Assembly: GCA_051859245.1 (NCBI GenBank)
Contig: JBHYGA010000001.1
Span: forward strand, 1,373,722 to 1,437,721
DNA length: 64,000 nt
Source: Gemmatimonadaceae bacterium
GTDB lineage: Bacteria > Gemmatimonadota > Gemmatimonadetes > Gemmatimonadales > Gemmatimonadaceae
Reading direction: 5' to 3'
Under the pieces are notes generated by a model, which worked only from the letters and a program-made list of their open reading frames with translations, ran no database searches and was not told where the DNA came from. This document shows positions 41,726 to 52,241 of the stretch, piece by piece. Positions within the stretch are counted from its first letter, which is position 1, and every line of letters starts with the position of its first letter. Both the position numbers and the translations under genes were made by a program.

Positions 41726-42838
41726 ATGGCTGTCCCGCTGCTCGACCTGAAAGCACAACACGCGACGATTCGCGACGAAGTCCTCGCGGCGGCGATGTCC
41801 GTCATCGACGGGCAAACGTTCATTCTTGGTGAGCCCGTTGGTCAGCTCGAGTGCGCCGTGGCCGGCCTCTCCAATACCAAGTACGCGGTGGGTTGCGCGA
41901 ATGGTACGGACGCGCTGCTCATTGCCCTGCGAGCGCTGGGCGTTGGGCACGGCGACGAAGTGGTCACCACGCCGTTCACGTTCTTTGCAACGGCGGGTGC
42001 GATTCATAACGTGGGCGCGCGTCCGGTGTTCGTGGACATCGCACCGACCACGTACAACATCGTGCCGGATGGTGTGGCCTCGGCGGTTTCGTCACGCACG
42101 AAGGCCGTGATTGCGGTGGACCTGTTCGGTCAGATGGCACCGATTGAAGCGGTTGCGGCAGCGGCGCGTAACGTGCCGGTCATTGAAGACGCGGCGCAGA
42201 GCATTGGCGCGCGCCGTCGCGTGGAAGACCGCTGGGTGATGGCCGGTGAAGCGGCCACGATTGGTACGTTCAGTTTCTTCCCGTCCAAGAATCTTGGCGG
42301 ATGGGGCGACGGCGGCATGATGGTCACGCAGAACGAAGAGCTGTTCGAGGCGATGTCCAAGCTGCGCACGCACGGCAGCCGTCGTACGTACTACCACGAA
42401 GTGGTTGGCTACAACAGCCGACTCGATACGCTGCAGGCCGCGGTGTTGCTGGCCAAGTTGCCGCACCTCGCCAAGTGGAGCGCGGCGCGTCGCGAGAATG
42501 CGGCGTTCTATGATGCGGCGTTTGCCGATGTTGGCGAGATCGGGCGTCCCGTCATCGATCCACGGAACGAGTCCATTTTCAATCAGTATACGATCCGTGT
42601 TCCCAAGCGCGACGCGCTGCAGGCGCATTTGAAGGAGGCGGGCATCGGTACCTCGGTGTACTACCCGTTGCCATTGCACCTGCAGCCCTGTTTCGCGTAT
42701 CTGGGGTATCAGGAAGGGCAGTGCCCGGAAGCAGAGCGCGCCTCCCGCGAGGTGCTGTCGCTGCCCATTTATCCCGAACTTTCACGCACCCAGCTCGAAG
42801 AAGTTGCGAGCGCGGTCCGCGCTTTCTTTGGGCGCTAG
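41726..42838 (+). CDS. DegT/DnrJ aminotransferase (WbpE/WlbC-like)
   Basis: NGTDAL, EDAAQS, SFFPSKNLG, GYNSRLD. Confidence 0.9.
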   Translation: MAVPLLDLKAQHATIRDEVLAAAMSVIDGQTFILGEPVGQLECAVAGLSNTKYAVGCANGTDALLIALRALGVGHGDEVVTTPFTFFATAGAIHNVGARPVFVDIAPTTYNIVPDGVASAVSSRTKAVIAVDLFGQMAPIEAVAAAARNVPVIEDAAQSIGARRRVEDRWVMAGEAATIGTFSFFPSKNLGGWGDGGMMVTQNEELFEAMSKLRTHGSRRTYYHEVVGYNSRLDTLQAAVLLAKLPHLAKWSAARRENAAFYDAAFADVGEIGRPVIDPRNESIFNQYTIRVPKRDALQAHLKEAGIGTSVYYPLPLHLQPCFAYLGYQEGQCPEAERASREVLSLPIYPELSRTQLEEVASAVRAFFGR

Positions 42839-42861
42839 TCGCCCAGCATTGGAGAACACGC

Positions 42862-44187
42862 ATGCAGGATAGAGTGCTCGCAAAGATTCACGACCGGTCC
42901 GCCATTGTTGGTGTGATTGGACTCGGTTACGTGGGACTGCCGCTCGCGATGGAGTTTGCGCGCGCCGGATTCCGCGTGATTGGCTACGACGTGAGTCCGC
43001 GAGTGATCGACACGCTCATGAGCGGCCAGTCGCACATTCAGGACGTCAAGTCGTCCGATGTGGCGGCGGTCGTGGCGAACGGATCGTTTGTTGCCACCAC
43101 GATCGAGTCGCGGCTGGGCGAGTGCGATGCGATCTCCATTGCGGTGCCCACCCCGCTGTCGAAGACGCGTGACCCCGATATGTCGTTTGTGCTCGCGGCG
43201 GCCGACGCCGTGCAACGCCACGCGCACAAGGGCATGCTGGTGGTGCTCGAGAGCACCACGTATCCGGGCACGACTCGCGAACTGCTGCAGCCGCGCATGG
43301 AAGCCGCCGGCCTCGAAGTGGGCCGCGACGTATTCCTTGCCTTCAGTCCGGAGCGCGTTGATCCGGGTAACCCGGTGTACAACACACACAACACGCCCAA
43401 GGTGGTGGGCGGCATCACACCCGGCTGTGTCGCCACCGCGAGCGCGCTCTACGAGACGTGTATCGAGACGGTTGTGCCGGTGTCGTCACCGGAAGCCGCG
43501 GAGCTGGTCAAGCTGCTGGAGAACACGTTCCGGGCCGTGAACATTGGCCTGGTGAACGAAATCGCGATCGTGTGTGACAAACTGGGCGTTAACGTGTGGG
43601 AAGTCATCGACGCGGCGGCGACCAAGCCGTTCGGGTTCATGAAGTTCACACCGGGGCCCGGTATCGGCGGACACTGCATTCCGCTTGATCCGCACTATCT
43701 CGCCTGGAAAATGCGCACGCTCAACTACAAAACCCGATTCATCGATCTCGCCAGCGAGATCAACTCGCAGATGCCGGACTATGTGGTCGAGAAGGTATCA
43801 CGCGCGTTGAACGATGAATCCAAGTCGGTGCGCGGTAGTCGCATTCTTGTGCTTGGCGTGGCCTACAAGCGCGATATCGATGATGTCCGTGAGAGCCCGG
43901 CGCTTGATATCATCCGATTGCTGGAAGAACGCGGCGCCCACGTGGAATATCACGACCCGTTCGTCAGTCAGATTCGTGAAGATGATCACGTGCGTCGCAC
44001 GGTGGATCTCTCCGATGACATGCTGCGATGGGCCGATGCGTGTGTGGTGGTGACTGATCACAAACAAATGGCGTGGCAGCGCGTAGTGGATCACGCATCG
44101 CTGGTCGTTGATACACGAAATGTGTGCGCCGGTCTGACGCCGGGTCGTGCACGGGTCGTTGCTCTTGCTTCGGGGCATGTGGCGTGA
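42862..44187 (+). CDS. UDP-N-acetyl-hexosamine 6-dehydrogenase (WbpA-like)
   Basis: GLGYVGLP, ESTTYPGTT, SPERVDPG, KLLENTFR, GGHCIP. Confidence 0.9.
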   Translation: MQDRVLAKIHDRSAIVGVIGLGYVGLPLAMEFARAGFRVIGYDVSPRVIDTLMSGQSHIQDVKSSDVAAVVANGSFVATTIESRLGECDAISIAVPTPLSKTRDPDMSFVLAAADAVQRHAHKGMLVVLESTTYPGTTRELLQPRMEAAGLEVGRDVFLAFSPERVDPGNPVYNTHNTPKVVGGITPGCVATASALYETCIETVVPVSSPEAAELVKLLENTFRAVNIGLVNEIAIVCDKLGVNVWEVIDAAATKPFGFMKFTPGPGIGGHCIPLDPHYLAWKMRTLNYKTRFIDLASEINSQMPDYVVEKVSRALNDESKSVRGSRILVLGVAYKRDIDDVRESPALDIIRLLEERGAHVEYHDPFVSQIREDDHVRRTVDLSDDMLRWADACVVVTDHKQMAWQRVVDHASLVVDTRNVCAGLTPGRARVVALASGHVA

Positions 44188-44996
44188 GTGCTGTGTGGCG
44201 TCGTTCTCGTCCGATTTTTCTGGTTGCGCTCACCCTGAGCAGTGTGGTGGGTTGCCGACGTGGTTTTCAGCCACGGGATTTTGCGAATCCCGAAGCGCTG
44301 TTCCGCGGGGCAATGCAGGAGTACAGCCAAGGCAAGTGGGCCAATGCGATTGCCGGCTTTGAGCGGCTGACGATTGATCTCTCGTCTCGCGACTCGTTGC
44401 TGGTCCCCACGTACTACTACCTCGCGATGGCGCATGAGAATCGCGAGGAGTTTCTGCTGTCGGCGCAGGCCTACGCGCGGTTGAGCGATGGTTTCCCGTC
44501 CGATACGCTCGCGCCGCGTGCGATGCTCGGCGAGGGACGCTCGTACCAGCGGTTGTGGCGCAAGCCCGTACTCGACGCCGACTACGGCGTGAAGGCGCTG
44601 GGTACGTATCGCGTCTTGCTCACCACGTTTCCGGATACGCCCGAAGCGGCGGAAGCGACCAGGAGTATTGCGGAAGTCGAAGACTGGCTCGCCAAGAAGG
44701 ATTACGAAGTGGGCATGCACTACATGCGCACTCGAAAGGCCTACGACTCCGCGATCATCTACTTCGAAGACGTCATTGAGACGTACCCGTCCACCCCCCA
44801 CGCCAAAAAGGCGTGGCTGGCGATGGTTCGCGCGTACCGGGCCCGGAAGTGGAACGAAGAAGCCGTTGAGACGTGCGTTGAGCTGCATCAGCGCTATCAA
44901 GGTGACGCCGAGGTGGTCGAGCTCTGCGGACCGCCTCCCCGTGCGCCGACGGACACGGCCCCGTCCACGCCGCCACGCCCGCCGCTCAACGATTAA
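44184..44996 (+). CDS. bamD: Outer membrane protein assembly factor BamD-like lipoprotein
   Basis: Lipobox VVGC; TPR helices; LAKKDYEVGMHY...SAIIYFEDVIETYP. Confidence 0.8.
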   Translation: MSAVWRRSRPIFLVALTLSSVVGCRRGFQPRDFANPEALFRGAMQEYSQGKWANAIAGFERLTIDLSSRDSLLVPTYYYLAMAHENREEFLLSAQAYARLSDGFPSDTLAPRAMLGEGRSYQRLWRKPVLDADYGVKALGTYRVLLTTFPDTPEAAEATRSIAEVEDWLAKKDYEVGMHYMRTRKAYDSAIIYFEDVIETYPSTPHAKKAWLAMVRAYRARKWNEEAVETCVELHQRYQGDAEVVELCGPPPRAPTDTAPSTPPRPPLND

Positions 44997-45635
44997 GTGA
45001 GCGCCGGGCGATCGTCGTCGGGCGCGCCACGGCGCATCGGGATTTTCGGCGGAAGTTTTGATCCGCCGCACATGGGGCACGTCCTCATGGCGAACGATGC
45101 GATCGAAGCGTTGGCGCTCGACGAACTGCGGATCGTGCCGGCCCGTGTCCAGCCGCTCAAGGGTGAGGTCGCCGTTTCGGCCGAGCACCGTTTAGCCATG
45201 GTCCAGGCTGCGTTCTCGGGGCTCCCTCGAGTCGCCGTCGACACGATCGAAATTGAGCGGTCTGGGTTATCTTACATGGTTGAGACAGCGGAGCACTTTG
45301 TCCGGCGCTGGCCGGACGCCGAGCTGCTGCTGTTGCTGGGCGCAGACTCCGCCTCATTACTGGGGCGGTGGCGCGACCCGCGGCGGCTCCTCAGCCTGGT
45401 GCAGTTGGTAGTGCTGGACCGATCGAGTGCGACAGACGCGCCGGCTGCAGAGCCCTGGCGAGACTGGCCCGACATTCGGTCGCCGCTGCGGCTGGCAACC
45501 CGGCGAATCGACGTTTCGTCATCGGAAATTCGGACGCGGGTTGCGTCTGGTCGCCCAATTTGTGGATTCGTCCCCGAATCCGTCGCATCCTATATCGCGG
45601 CGTCGGGGCTGTACCTTGCGAGGAACGCATGCTGA
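44997..45635 (+). CDS. nadD: Nicotinate-nucleotide adenylyltransferase
   Basis: GGSFDPPHMGH, LGADS, VSSSEIR. Confidence 0.93.
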   Translation: MSAGRSSSGAPRRIGIFGGSFDPPHMGHVLMANDAIEALALDELRIVPARVQPLKGEVAVSAEHRLAMVQAAFSGLPRVAVDTIEIERSGLSYMVETAEHFVRRWPDAELLLLLGADSASLLGRWRDPRRLLSLVQLVVLDRSSATDAPAAEPWRDWPDIRSPLRLATRRIDVSSSEIRTRVASGRPICGFVPESVASYIAASGLYLARNAC

Positions 45636-48600
45636 AGGGATTGATCAACCGCGTGTTCGGCACGCGGCACGAGCGCGAACAGAAGCGCGTGAAGCCCATC
45701 ATCGACGATATCAAGTCGATGGAAGAGACGTTGCGCGCGATGTCAGACGCCGACCTGCAAGGGCAGACGGCGGTCTTTCGTGCTCGACTGGCCGAGCGCA
45801 CCGGCGAACTCGAACGTCGGATCGCCGAACTGAAAGACTCCAAACATCAGGCGCGTGACGCCGCCGAACGCGAGCGCATCGACGACGAGCTGGGTGGAGC
45901 CGATGGCCGTGGCGGACTGGAAGGTGAGTTGCGGCAGACGATTGCCGACACACTCGACGAGTTGCTGCCCGAAGCGTTCGCGACGGTGCGTGAGGCCTGC
46001 CGCCGTCTGGTGGGCAACACCGTGATGGTGACCGGTCAGGAGCTCACGTGGGACATGGTGCCGTACGACGTGCAGCTCGTGGGTGGTATCCAGCTGCATC
46101 TCGGTCGCATCGCGGAAATGGCCACCGGTGAAGGTAAGACGCTCGTCGCTACGCTGCCCGCGTATCTGAATGCCTTGCCCGGTCGTGGCGTGCATCTGGT
46201 CACCGTGAACACGTATCTCGCGCGTCGTGACTCGCAGTGGATGGGCTATCTGTACCAGTGGCTGGGGCTCACCGTGGCGTGCCTCGATGATACCGAGCCC
46301 GGATCGCCGCAGCGTCGCGCGGCCTACGCCGCCGATATCACGTACGGCACGAACAACGAGTTCGGCTTTGACTACCTGCGCGACAACATGGTGGTGAGCA
46401 CCGAGCAGCGGGTGCAGCGTCCGCACGTGTTTGCGATCATCGACGAAGTGGACTCGATCCTGATCGACGAAGCCCGTACGCCGCTCATTATTTCCGGTCC
46501 GGTCGGCAACGAAGGTGATGTGCAATATGCGCATTACAACGCGGCTGTGGGTCGTCTGGTGCGTCGACAGACAGACATTGCGAACCAGCTGGTGGCTGAT
46601 GGTGAACGGGCGCTTGAAGCGGGCGACACCGCCACGGCGGGCCTGCAGTTGTACAAAGCGCAGCAGGGCGCGCCCAAGAACAAGCGACTGCAGAAGGTGC
46701 TCAACGAGACGGGTGTGAAGACGCTCGTGCAGAAGATGGAGCTTGAGCACATCGCCGATCGCAAGTTGCCAATGGCGCGACGGAACTTCCCGGATATCGA
46801 GAGCGAGCTGCTCTACATTCTCGACGAGAAGGGGCACACCGTGCACCTCACCGATCAGGGCGTGGACTTCATGTCGCCTGATGATCACGACGCGATGGTG
46901 CTGCCGGATATCTCGACCGCGATTCACAAGCTGGAGCGCAATTCGGAGCTTGAGCCGGCCGAACGGTTGGCGCAGCGTCAGGCGATCGAGCAGGAGTACG
47001 CGATCAAGAGTCAGACGCTCAACATCATTCACCAACTGCTGCGCGCGCACGCGTTGTACGAGCGTGACGTGAACTACGTGGTGCAGGAAGGGCAGGTCCT
47101 GATCGTGGACGAGTTTACCGGTCGCACGATGCCGGGCCGTCGCTGGTCAGAAGGCTTGCATCAGGCCGTCGAAGCGAAGGAAGGCGTGCAGGTGAAGGGC
47201 GAAACACAGACGCTCGCCACCATCACCATTCAGAACTACTTCCGCATGTACGAAAAGCTGGCCGGCATGACCGGCACGGCGGAAACGGAAGAGAATGAGT
47301 TCCATCAGATCTACACGCTCGAAGTGTCGGTGATTCCCACGAATCGTCCGATCATTCGGGATGATCGTGATGACTGGGTCTACAAGACGCGTCGCGAGAA
47401 GTACAACGCGATCGTGGAGGAAACGCGCCGTTTGCACGGTCTGGGTTTCCCGGTGCTGGTAGGTACCGCGAGCGTTGAAGCGTCAGAGACGCTCGCTCGC
47501 ATGTTTGCTCGCGCGGGACTCAAGCACAACGTGCTCAACGCCAAGTATCACCAGCGTGAAGCCGAGATTGTCGCGCTTGCCGGACAGCCTGGTGCGATCA
47601 CGATCGCCACGAACATGGCCGGCCGTGGTACCGACATCAAGCTCGGTGGCAACGTGCGCGAGTCCAAGCTCAGCACGGTCAAGGATCTAGACGGCAAGGA
47701 AGTGGAGATCACGGAGATCGGTGGGTTGCACATCATCGGCTCGGAGCGACACGAATCGCGGCGCATTGATCGTCAGCTGCGCGGTCGTGCCGGACGACAG
47801 GGCGATCCGGGATCGTCGCAGTTTTTCCTGTCGCTCGAAGATGATCTGATGCGTCTCTTTGGTACCGATCGTATCGCCAAGCTGATGGATCGCATGGGAG
47901 CGCAAGAAGGCGAAGTGCTCACGCACCCGCTGATCACGCGGTCCATTGAACAGGCCCAGAAGCGTGTGGAGTTGCAGAACTTCCAGTCACGCAAACGCCT
48001 GCTCGATTATGACGACGTCATGAATCAGCAGCGTGAAGTGATCTACTCGCAGCGCGCGTTTGCGCTGGAGGGTGGTGAGGAGCTCAAGGGCGAAGCACGC
48101 AAGTTCCTTGAGCGTGCGGCGGCGCGTCGTGTGGAAACGGCGCTCGCGATTTATGACTCCTCGGATCAGTGGGATTTTGCACTGCTGCAGCAAGACTTGC
48201 TGATGCACTACATGCTCACGGTGCCCGCGTTTGAATCCGAACCGTATCCCGCCACGCTCGCCGAAGCGAAGGAAGCCGCGGTGACCGCGGCGCTCGAAGC
48301 GTTCGATCGCAAGATGGAAACGCTGGATGCGGTAAAGGATCAGGATGGCAACGGATTTGGTAATCGTCTGCTGGCGCTGGTGACGCTCAACGTGATCGAC
48401 GAGAAGTGGAAGGATCACCTCTATGATCTCGATCAGTTGCGCGCGAGCATTCACTATCGCTCGTGGGGGCAGAAGGATCCGCTGATCGAGTACAAGCATG
48501 AGGCCTTCACGATGTTCGAGGATCTCATGCATGACTTGTCGCACACGTTCACGGAACGCTTCCTCAAGGCGCAGCTGGTGTTTGAGCAGCCTGCGCCCGC

Positions 48601-48922
48601 GCCGTTGCCGCCGATCATCACGCGCGCGCCCGAGGGCAAACCCACCAAGCGATTCAACGCGATGGGAATGCTGGAAGACGTGCCCGCTGACGAACCGGCG
48701 AATGTCGAGCCCTCGGGTTCCGACGTGAGCGACGCGCCGCAAGCCGCGTTGCCGGCGGCTCCTGTGGCCGCTGCCACCCCGCGCGTGGTGGGCGCGGGTG
48801 CGATTCGCTCACTGGATGCGCCGTCGTCGGGTCCGGTGGATTTCAGCACCGCCGGGCGCAACGATCCGTGTCCGTGCGGCAGCGGGAAGAAGTTCAAGAA
48901 GTGTCACGGTGCGACGGCCTAG
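45629..48922 (+). CDS. secA: Preprotein translocase ATPase SecA
   Basis: MATGEGKT, DEVDSILIDEARTPLIISG, HESRRIDRQLRGRAGRQGDPG, SEC-C GRNDPCPCGSGKKFKKCH. Confidence 0.98.
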   Translation: MLKGLINRVFGTRHEREQKRVKPIIDDIKSMEETLRAMSDADLQGQTAVFRARLAERTGELERRIAELKDSKHQARDAAERERIDDELGGADGRGGLEGELRQTIADTLDELLPEAFATVREACRRLVGNTVMVTGQELTWDMVPYDVQLVGGIQLHLGRIAEMATGEGKTLVATLPAYLNALPGRGVHLVTVNTYLARRDSQWMGYLYQWLGLTVACLDDTEPGSPQRRAAYAADITYGTNNEFGFDYLRDNMVVSTEQRVQRPHVFAIIDEVDSILIDEARTPLIISGPVGNEGDVQYAHYNAAVGRLVRRQTDIANQLVADGERALEAGDTATAGLQLYKAQQGAPKNKRLQKVLNETGVKTLVQKMELEHIADRKLPMARRNFPDIESELLYILDEKGHTVHLTDQGVDFMSPDDHDAMVLPDISTAIHKLERNSELEPAERLAQRQAIEQEYAIKSQTLNIIHQLLRAHALYERDVNYVVQEGQVLIVDEFTGRTMPGRRWSEGLHQAVEAKEGVQVKGETQTLATITIQNYFRMYEKLAGMTGTAETEENEFHQIYTLEVSVIPTNRPIIRDDRDDWVYKTRREKYNAIVEETRRLHGLGFPVLVGTASVEASETLARMFARAGLKHNVLNAKYHQREAEIVALAGQPGAITIATNMAGRGTDIKLGGNVRESKLSTVKDLDGKEVEITEIGGLHIIGSERHESRRIDRQLRGRAGRQGDPGSSQFFLSLEDDLMRLFGTDRIAKLMDRMGAQEGEVLTHPLITRSIEQAQKRVELQNFQSRKRLLDYDDVMNQQREVIYSQRAFALEGGEELKGEARKFLERAAARRVETALAIYDSSDQWDFALLQQDLLMHYMLTVPAFESEPYPATLAEAKEAAVTAALEAFDRKMETLDAVKDQDGNGFGNRLLALVTLNVIDEKWKDHLYDLDQLRASIHYRSWGQKDPLIEYKHEAFTMFEDLMHDLSHTFTERFLKAQLVFEQPAPAPLPPIITRAPEGKPTKRFNAMGMLEDVPADEPANVEPSGSDVSDAPQAALPAAPVAAATPRVVGAGAIRSLDAPSSGPVDFSTAGRNDPCPCGSGKKFKKCHGATA

Positions 48923-50475
48923 TTGACGTTGGCCGTCAAGGTCGACGTCGACAGAAGTGCCGCGCAGACGTCGGCCAGCTCAGAGTTGCTCACCGGCTTC
49001 TGCAGGACATGTTGAATGCCGGCGTCGGTGAGCACCGCCTGAGGTAGCTCCTCGACGTATCCGGTCAGGAGAAGGATCGGCATGGTTGGTCGGATGGTGC
49101 GAATCTGTTTGGCGAGCGCGAGCCCATTCATGTCGGGCATCGAGTAGTCGGTGATGACCAACGCATACAGATCCGGTTGTGCCTGGATCAGCTCCAGCGC
49201 CTGAATGGGAGACGTCGCGGCCGTGACAACGTACCCCTGTCGACGAAGGCGTCGCTCGCCGAGCGTTGCGAGCGACGCCTCGTCGTCTACAAACAGAATG
49301 TGCTGACCGTGCCCCGTGGGCGACGAGGATGCGACCGCGGTGTGAAAACCGCTGCCTGACTCCTCGCGCGCCGGAAACATGCAGCGCACGGTTGTCCCAT
49401 CCCCGGCTTCGCTCTCGAGCGTGATCGCGCCGCCATGGTCTTGCATGATGCCGTGCACCATGGAGAGACCAAGGCCGGTGCCTTCACCTGCCGGTTTTGT
49501 GGTGAAGAACGGTTCCATCGCGCGAGCGCGTGTCGCTTCGTCCATACCCACGCCGTTGTCGCGGACTTCGATCACGACGTAGTCACCCTCACGCAGTCCC
49601 GCGTGCAGCTGAGCGAGATCGGCGTCCACGTACTGGCGGAGCAGGGAGATCTGAAGTTGTCCACCGCTCGGCATGGCTTGCGCCGCGTTGGTGGCGAGAT
49701 TCATGATGACCTGATGGACCGACGTCGAATCGGCCAGTACGCGAGACGAGTCATCGTGAATGTGGATCTCCATGTGCACCCCGACCGGCAAGGACGCGCG
49801 CAACAGCTGCTGTACTTCGCGCACCACACCAGCCAGTGAAACCGGTACACGTTGCGCTTGTTGCCGCCGACTGAAGATCAGGATCTGCTGCACGAGTTTG
49901 CGCCCACGTTGAGCGGCGACAATAATCTCGTGTACATCGGCGGATACTTCGGCGTTGCCCGACACTGATTGTTGCACCAGTTCGGCGTAGCCCATGATGG
50001 CGCCGAGCAAGTTGTTGAAGTCGTGCGCAATGCCTCCGGCCAGCGTGCCGACGGCCTCCATCTTTTGCGCCTGTCGAAGCTGTTCTGCGACAAGGCGCTG
50101 CGCTTCTTCCGTGGCGATGCGCTCCGAGATATCCACGACCGACCCGATCACGAACAATCCGTCTTCGGTCGCAACCGGCGTCAGTCCGACTTCGACGGGC
50201 ATTTCCGACCCGTCTTTGCGCCTCCCCCGCAGATCACGGCCCGCGCCCATGGCGCGTGCGCGCGGATGCGCGGTGAACCGTGCTCGTGACGACGGGTGAT
50301 GTTCGCGAAAACGATGCGGGAGAAGCAGCTCGATGGCCTGTCCGTGCAGTTCCTCGCGCGCGTAGCCAAAGAGCCGTTCGATTTCCCGATTGACCAGCAC
50401 AATGCGGCCTTCCGCATCCGTCATGATCAAGCCGGTGGGCGCGGATTCGACCGCCGCACGAAGTCGTGATTCCAT
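48919..50475 (-). CDS. PAS-domain hybrid histidine kinase / receiver
   Basis: PAS; H-box AHDFNNLL; NAAQA, DNGVG, PFFTTK, GTGLGL; receiver VDDE/TDYSMP/KP. Confidence 0.93.
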   Translation of the reverse strand: MESRLRAAVESAPTGLIMTDAEGRIVLVNREIERLFGYAREELHGQAIELLLPHRFREHHPSSRARFTAHPRARAMGAGRDLRGRRKDGSEMPVEVGLTPVATEDGLFVIGSVVDISERIATEEAQRLVAEQLRQAQKMEAVGTLAGGIAHDFNNLLGAIMGYAELVQQSVSGNAEVSADVHEIIVAAQRGRKLVQQILIFSRRQQAQRVPVSLAGVVREVQQLLRASLPVGVHMEIHIHDDSSRVLADSTSVHQVIMNLATNAAQAMPSGGQLQISLLRQYVDADLAQLHAGLREGDYVVIEVRDNGVGMDEATRARAMEPFFTTKPAGEGTGLGLSMVHGIMQDHGGAITLESEAGDGTTVRCMFPAREESGSGFHTAVASSSPTGHGQHILFVDDEASLATLGERRLRRQGYVVTAATSPIQALELIQAQPDLYALVITDYSMPDMNGLALAKQIRTIRPTMPILLLTGYVEELPQAVLTDAGIQHVLQKPVSNSELADVCAALLSTSTLTANVN

Positions 50476-50673
50476 CGATAGGGTGGGTGTCGGACACCTG
50501 CGACTCCGCCATCGGGGTCGGTCAGATCCGGTCGTGACAATTTGCGGGCCAAGGCACTAACGCGCCAGCGGCTGCGACCCCTTGCGTCTCGCGTCACCTC
50601 TGTATCAGTTCACCAGACCGGGTTGAGCGCGACGTCGCGAGTCCGGGTGCTACCTCACCTTCCTTCGGAAACC

Positions 50674-51405
50674 ATGTTCTACCCCCTGCTCGCTACCGCG
50701 TTTGTGTTCGGTGTAGCCGCCCTGATGCCGAGTACTTCAACATTTGCGCGCGAATGTGGTGACACGGTGACCGCGTCGCTCGTGCCGAATGAGCGGACCG
50801 TAACGGACTCCACGCACAACGCGCTCTACGCGGCGGGGCAGGCATTTCCGGAGTTCCTCGAGGCCACCGTGCGTCGTCGGGAGGGTTGGCATCGCATCAA
50901 CGACGCTGTGATGCTCGAGGAGAGTGTGGTGGCGCGGGCACGCGCGGTCGGCGGCAACTGGCGCATTCTGGTCATCGCGGTCGATGGCTGCGGCGATTCC
51001 ATGCAGCAGGTACCGTACGTGGCCCGCCTCGCCGAGCGTGTGGAAGGCCTCTCTATGCGGATTGTCACGCCAACGGTTGGATCGGTCGTGCAACGCGCTC
51101 ATCGATCGCTCGATGGTCGCGCGGCCACACCAACGTATGTGCTGCTGGATGAAACCGGCGCGGATCGCGGCTGTGTTGTGGAACTGCCGCGCGAGGTGCG
51201 CGAGTGGACGCACGCACGTCGCGACACGATGAAGACTGAGGCGCTCTACGCGTACCGAAATGAGTGGTACGCGCGCGACAAAGGCGCGTCGATTGTGAAG
51301 GAAATGGTGGAGTTGATGGAAGCGGCAAAGAATGGCACGAGAATCTGCGCGCAGGGCACGGGCCCGGCCGGCGGAGACAGTTCGACCGACGCTGCACGGA
51401 ATTGA
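50674..51405 (+). CDS. Exported thioredoxin-family protein (CxxS-type)
   Basis: Signal-like N-terminus; CGDS motif, ATPT cis-Pro loop. Confidence 0.75.
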   Translation: MFYPLLATAFVFGVAALMPSTSTFARECGDTVTASLVPNERTVTDSTHNALYAAGQAFPEFLEATVRRREGWHRINDAVMLEESVVARARAVGGNWRILVIAVDGCGDSMQQVPYVARLAERVEGLSMRIVTPTVGSVVQRAHRSLDGRAATPTYVLLDETGADRGCVVELPREVREWTHARRDTMKTEALYAYRNEWYARDKGASIVKEMVELMEAAKNGTRICAQGTGPAGGDSSTDAARN

Positions 51406-51497
51406 TGCCGCGTGAGGGCGGCGTGAAGGCGAGAGTAGATCGTCCCGGCCGATCGCGTTCCACGCGTCGGCGCCCACGGCTCTCTCATCCCGTCCTC

Positions 51498-52241
51498 ATG
51501 GCCACACGTCATCTCAGTCGGACAGCAATCACGTCCGCCGCTGGTCCTGCACGCCTTCGTCCGCTAACTATTCGAGAGCTTCCGGCGACCGAGCGTCCTC
51601 GAGAGCGCCTGTTGGCACTTGGGGCACGCTCGTTGAGTACTACCGAGTTATTGGCGCTGCTGCTGGGCACCGGTGGTTCGGCGGGCTCGGCGCTTGACTG
51701 TGCTCGGCGTGTGCTCGACAGCGCCGACGGTTCGCTTGGGCGGCTTGCCTCAGGCTCTGTGGGATCTCTCACCCGGCTCCCAGGCGTTGGTCCAGCACGA
51801 TCCGTGGCATTGCATGCGGCGCTTGAGCTCGGGCGCCGGTTGGCGCTGGAGGCACGTGAGGCGGGAGCGCCAGTTCGTTCGCCAAGTGACGTGGTGGCCT
51901 TGTATGCACCACAACTGCAGGATCTTCCGGTAGAGGAATTCCACGTGGCCGTATTGGATGCACAGCATCGACTGGAGCGCGATATCCTGATCACCCGCGG
52001 ACTGCTGGACTCGTCGCTGGTGCATCCGCGCGAGGTGTTCCGCGAGGCCATTGCGGAACGCGCGGCGTCGGTGATTCTGGTGCACAACCACCCGAGCGGC
52101 GACCCGTCACCGTCGCCACAAGACAAGCTGGTCACGGAGCAATTGGTTGCGGCCGGACGTCTGCTCGACATTCCGGTGCACGACCACATCATCATTGGGC
52201 GCGGTCGATACGTGAGTTTCGCTGAAGCAGGATTGTTGTGA
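51498..52241 (+). CDS. radC: RadC (JAB domain) family protein
   Basis: ERPRERL, VHPREVF, HNHPSGD, DHIIIG. Confidence 0.93.
   Translation: MATRHLSRTAITSAAGPARLRPLTIRELPATERPRERLLALGARSLSTTELLALLLGTGGSAGSALDCARRVLDSADGSLGRLASGSVGSLTRLPGVGPARSVALHAALELGRRLALEAREAGAPVRSPSDVVALYAPQLQDLPVEEFHVAVLDAQHRLERDILITRGLLDSSLVHPREVFREAIAERAASVILVHNHPSGDPSPSPQDKLVTEQLVAAGRLLDIPVHDHIIIGRGRYVSFAEAGLL

Noticed and set aside
45743..47050. Long antisense ORFs (also 54843-56054, 7240-8250, 62430-63452, 38022-39017)
   Set aside because: Shadows of well-conserved genes in a GC-rich genome with strong codon bias; no recognisable motifs
51498..52241. RadC as a marker of a mobile element
   Set aside because: Full-length chromosomal form with N-terminal HhH region, coupled to rel in a core operon
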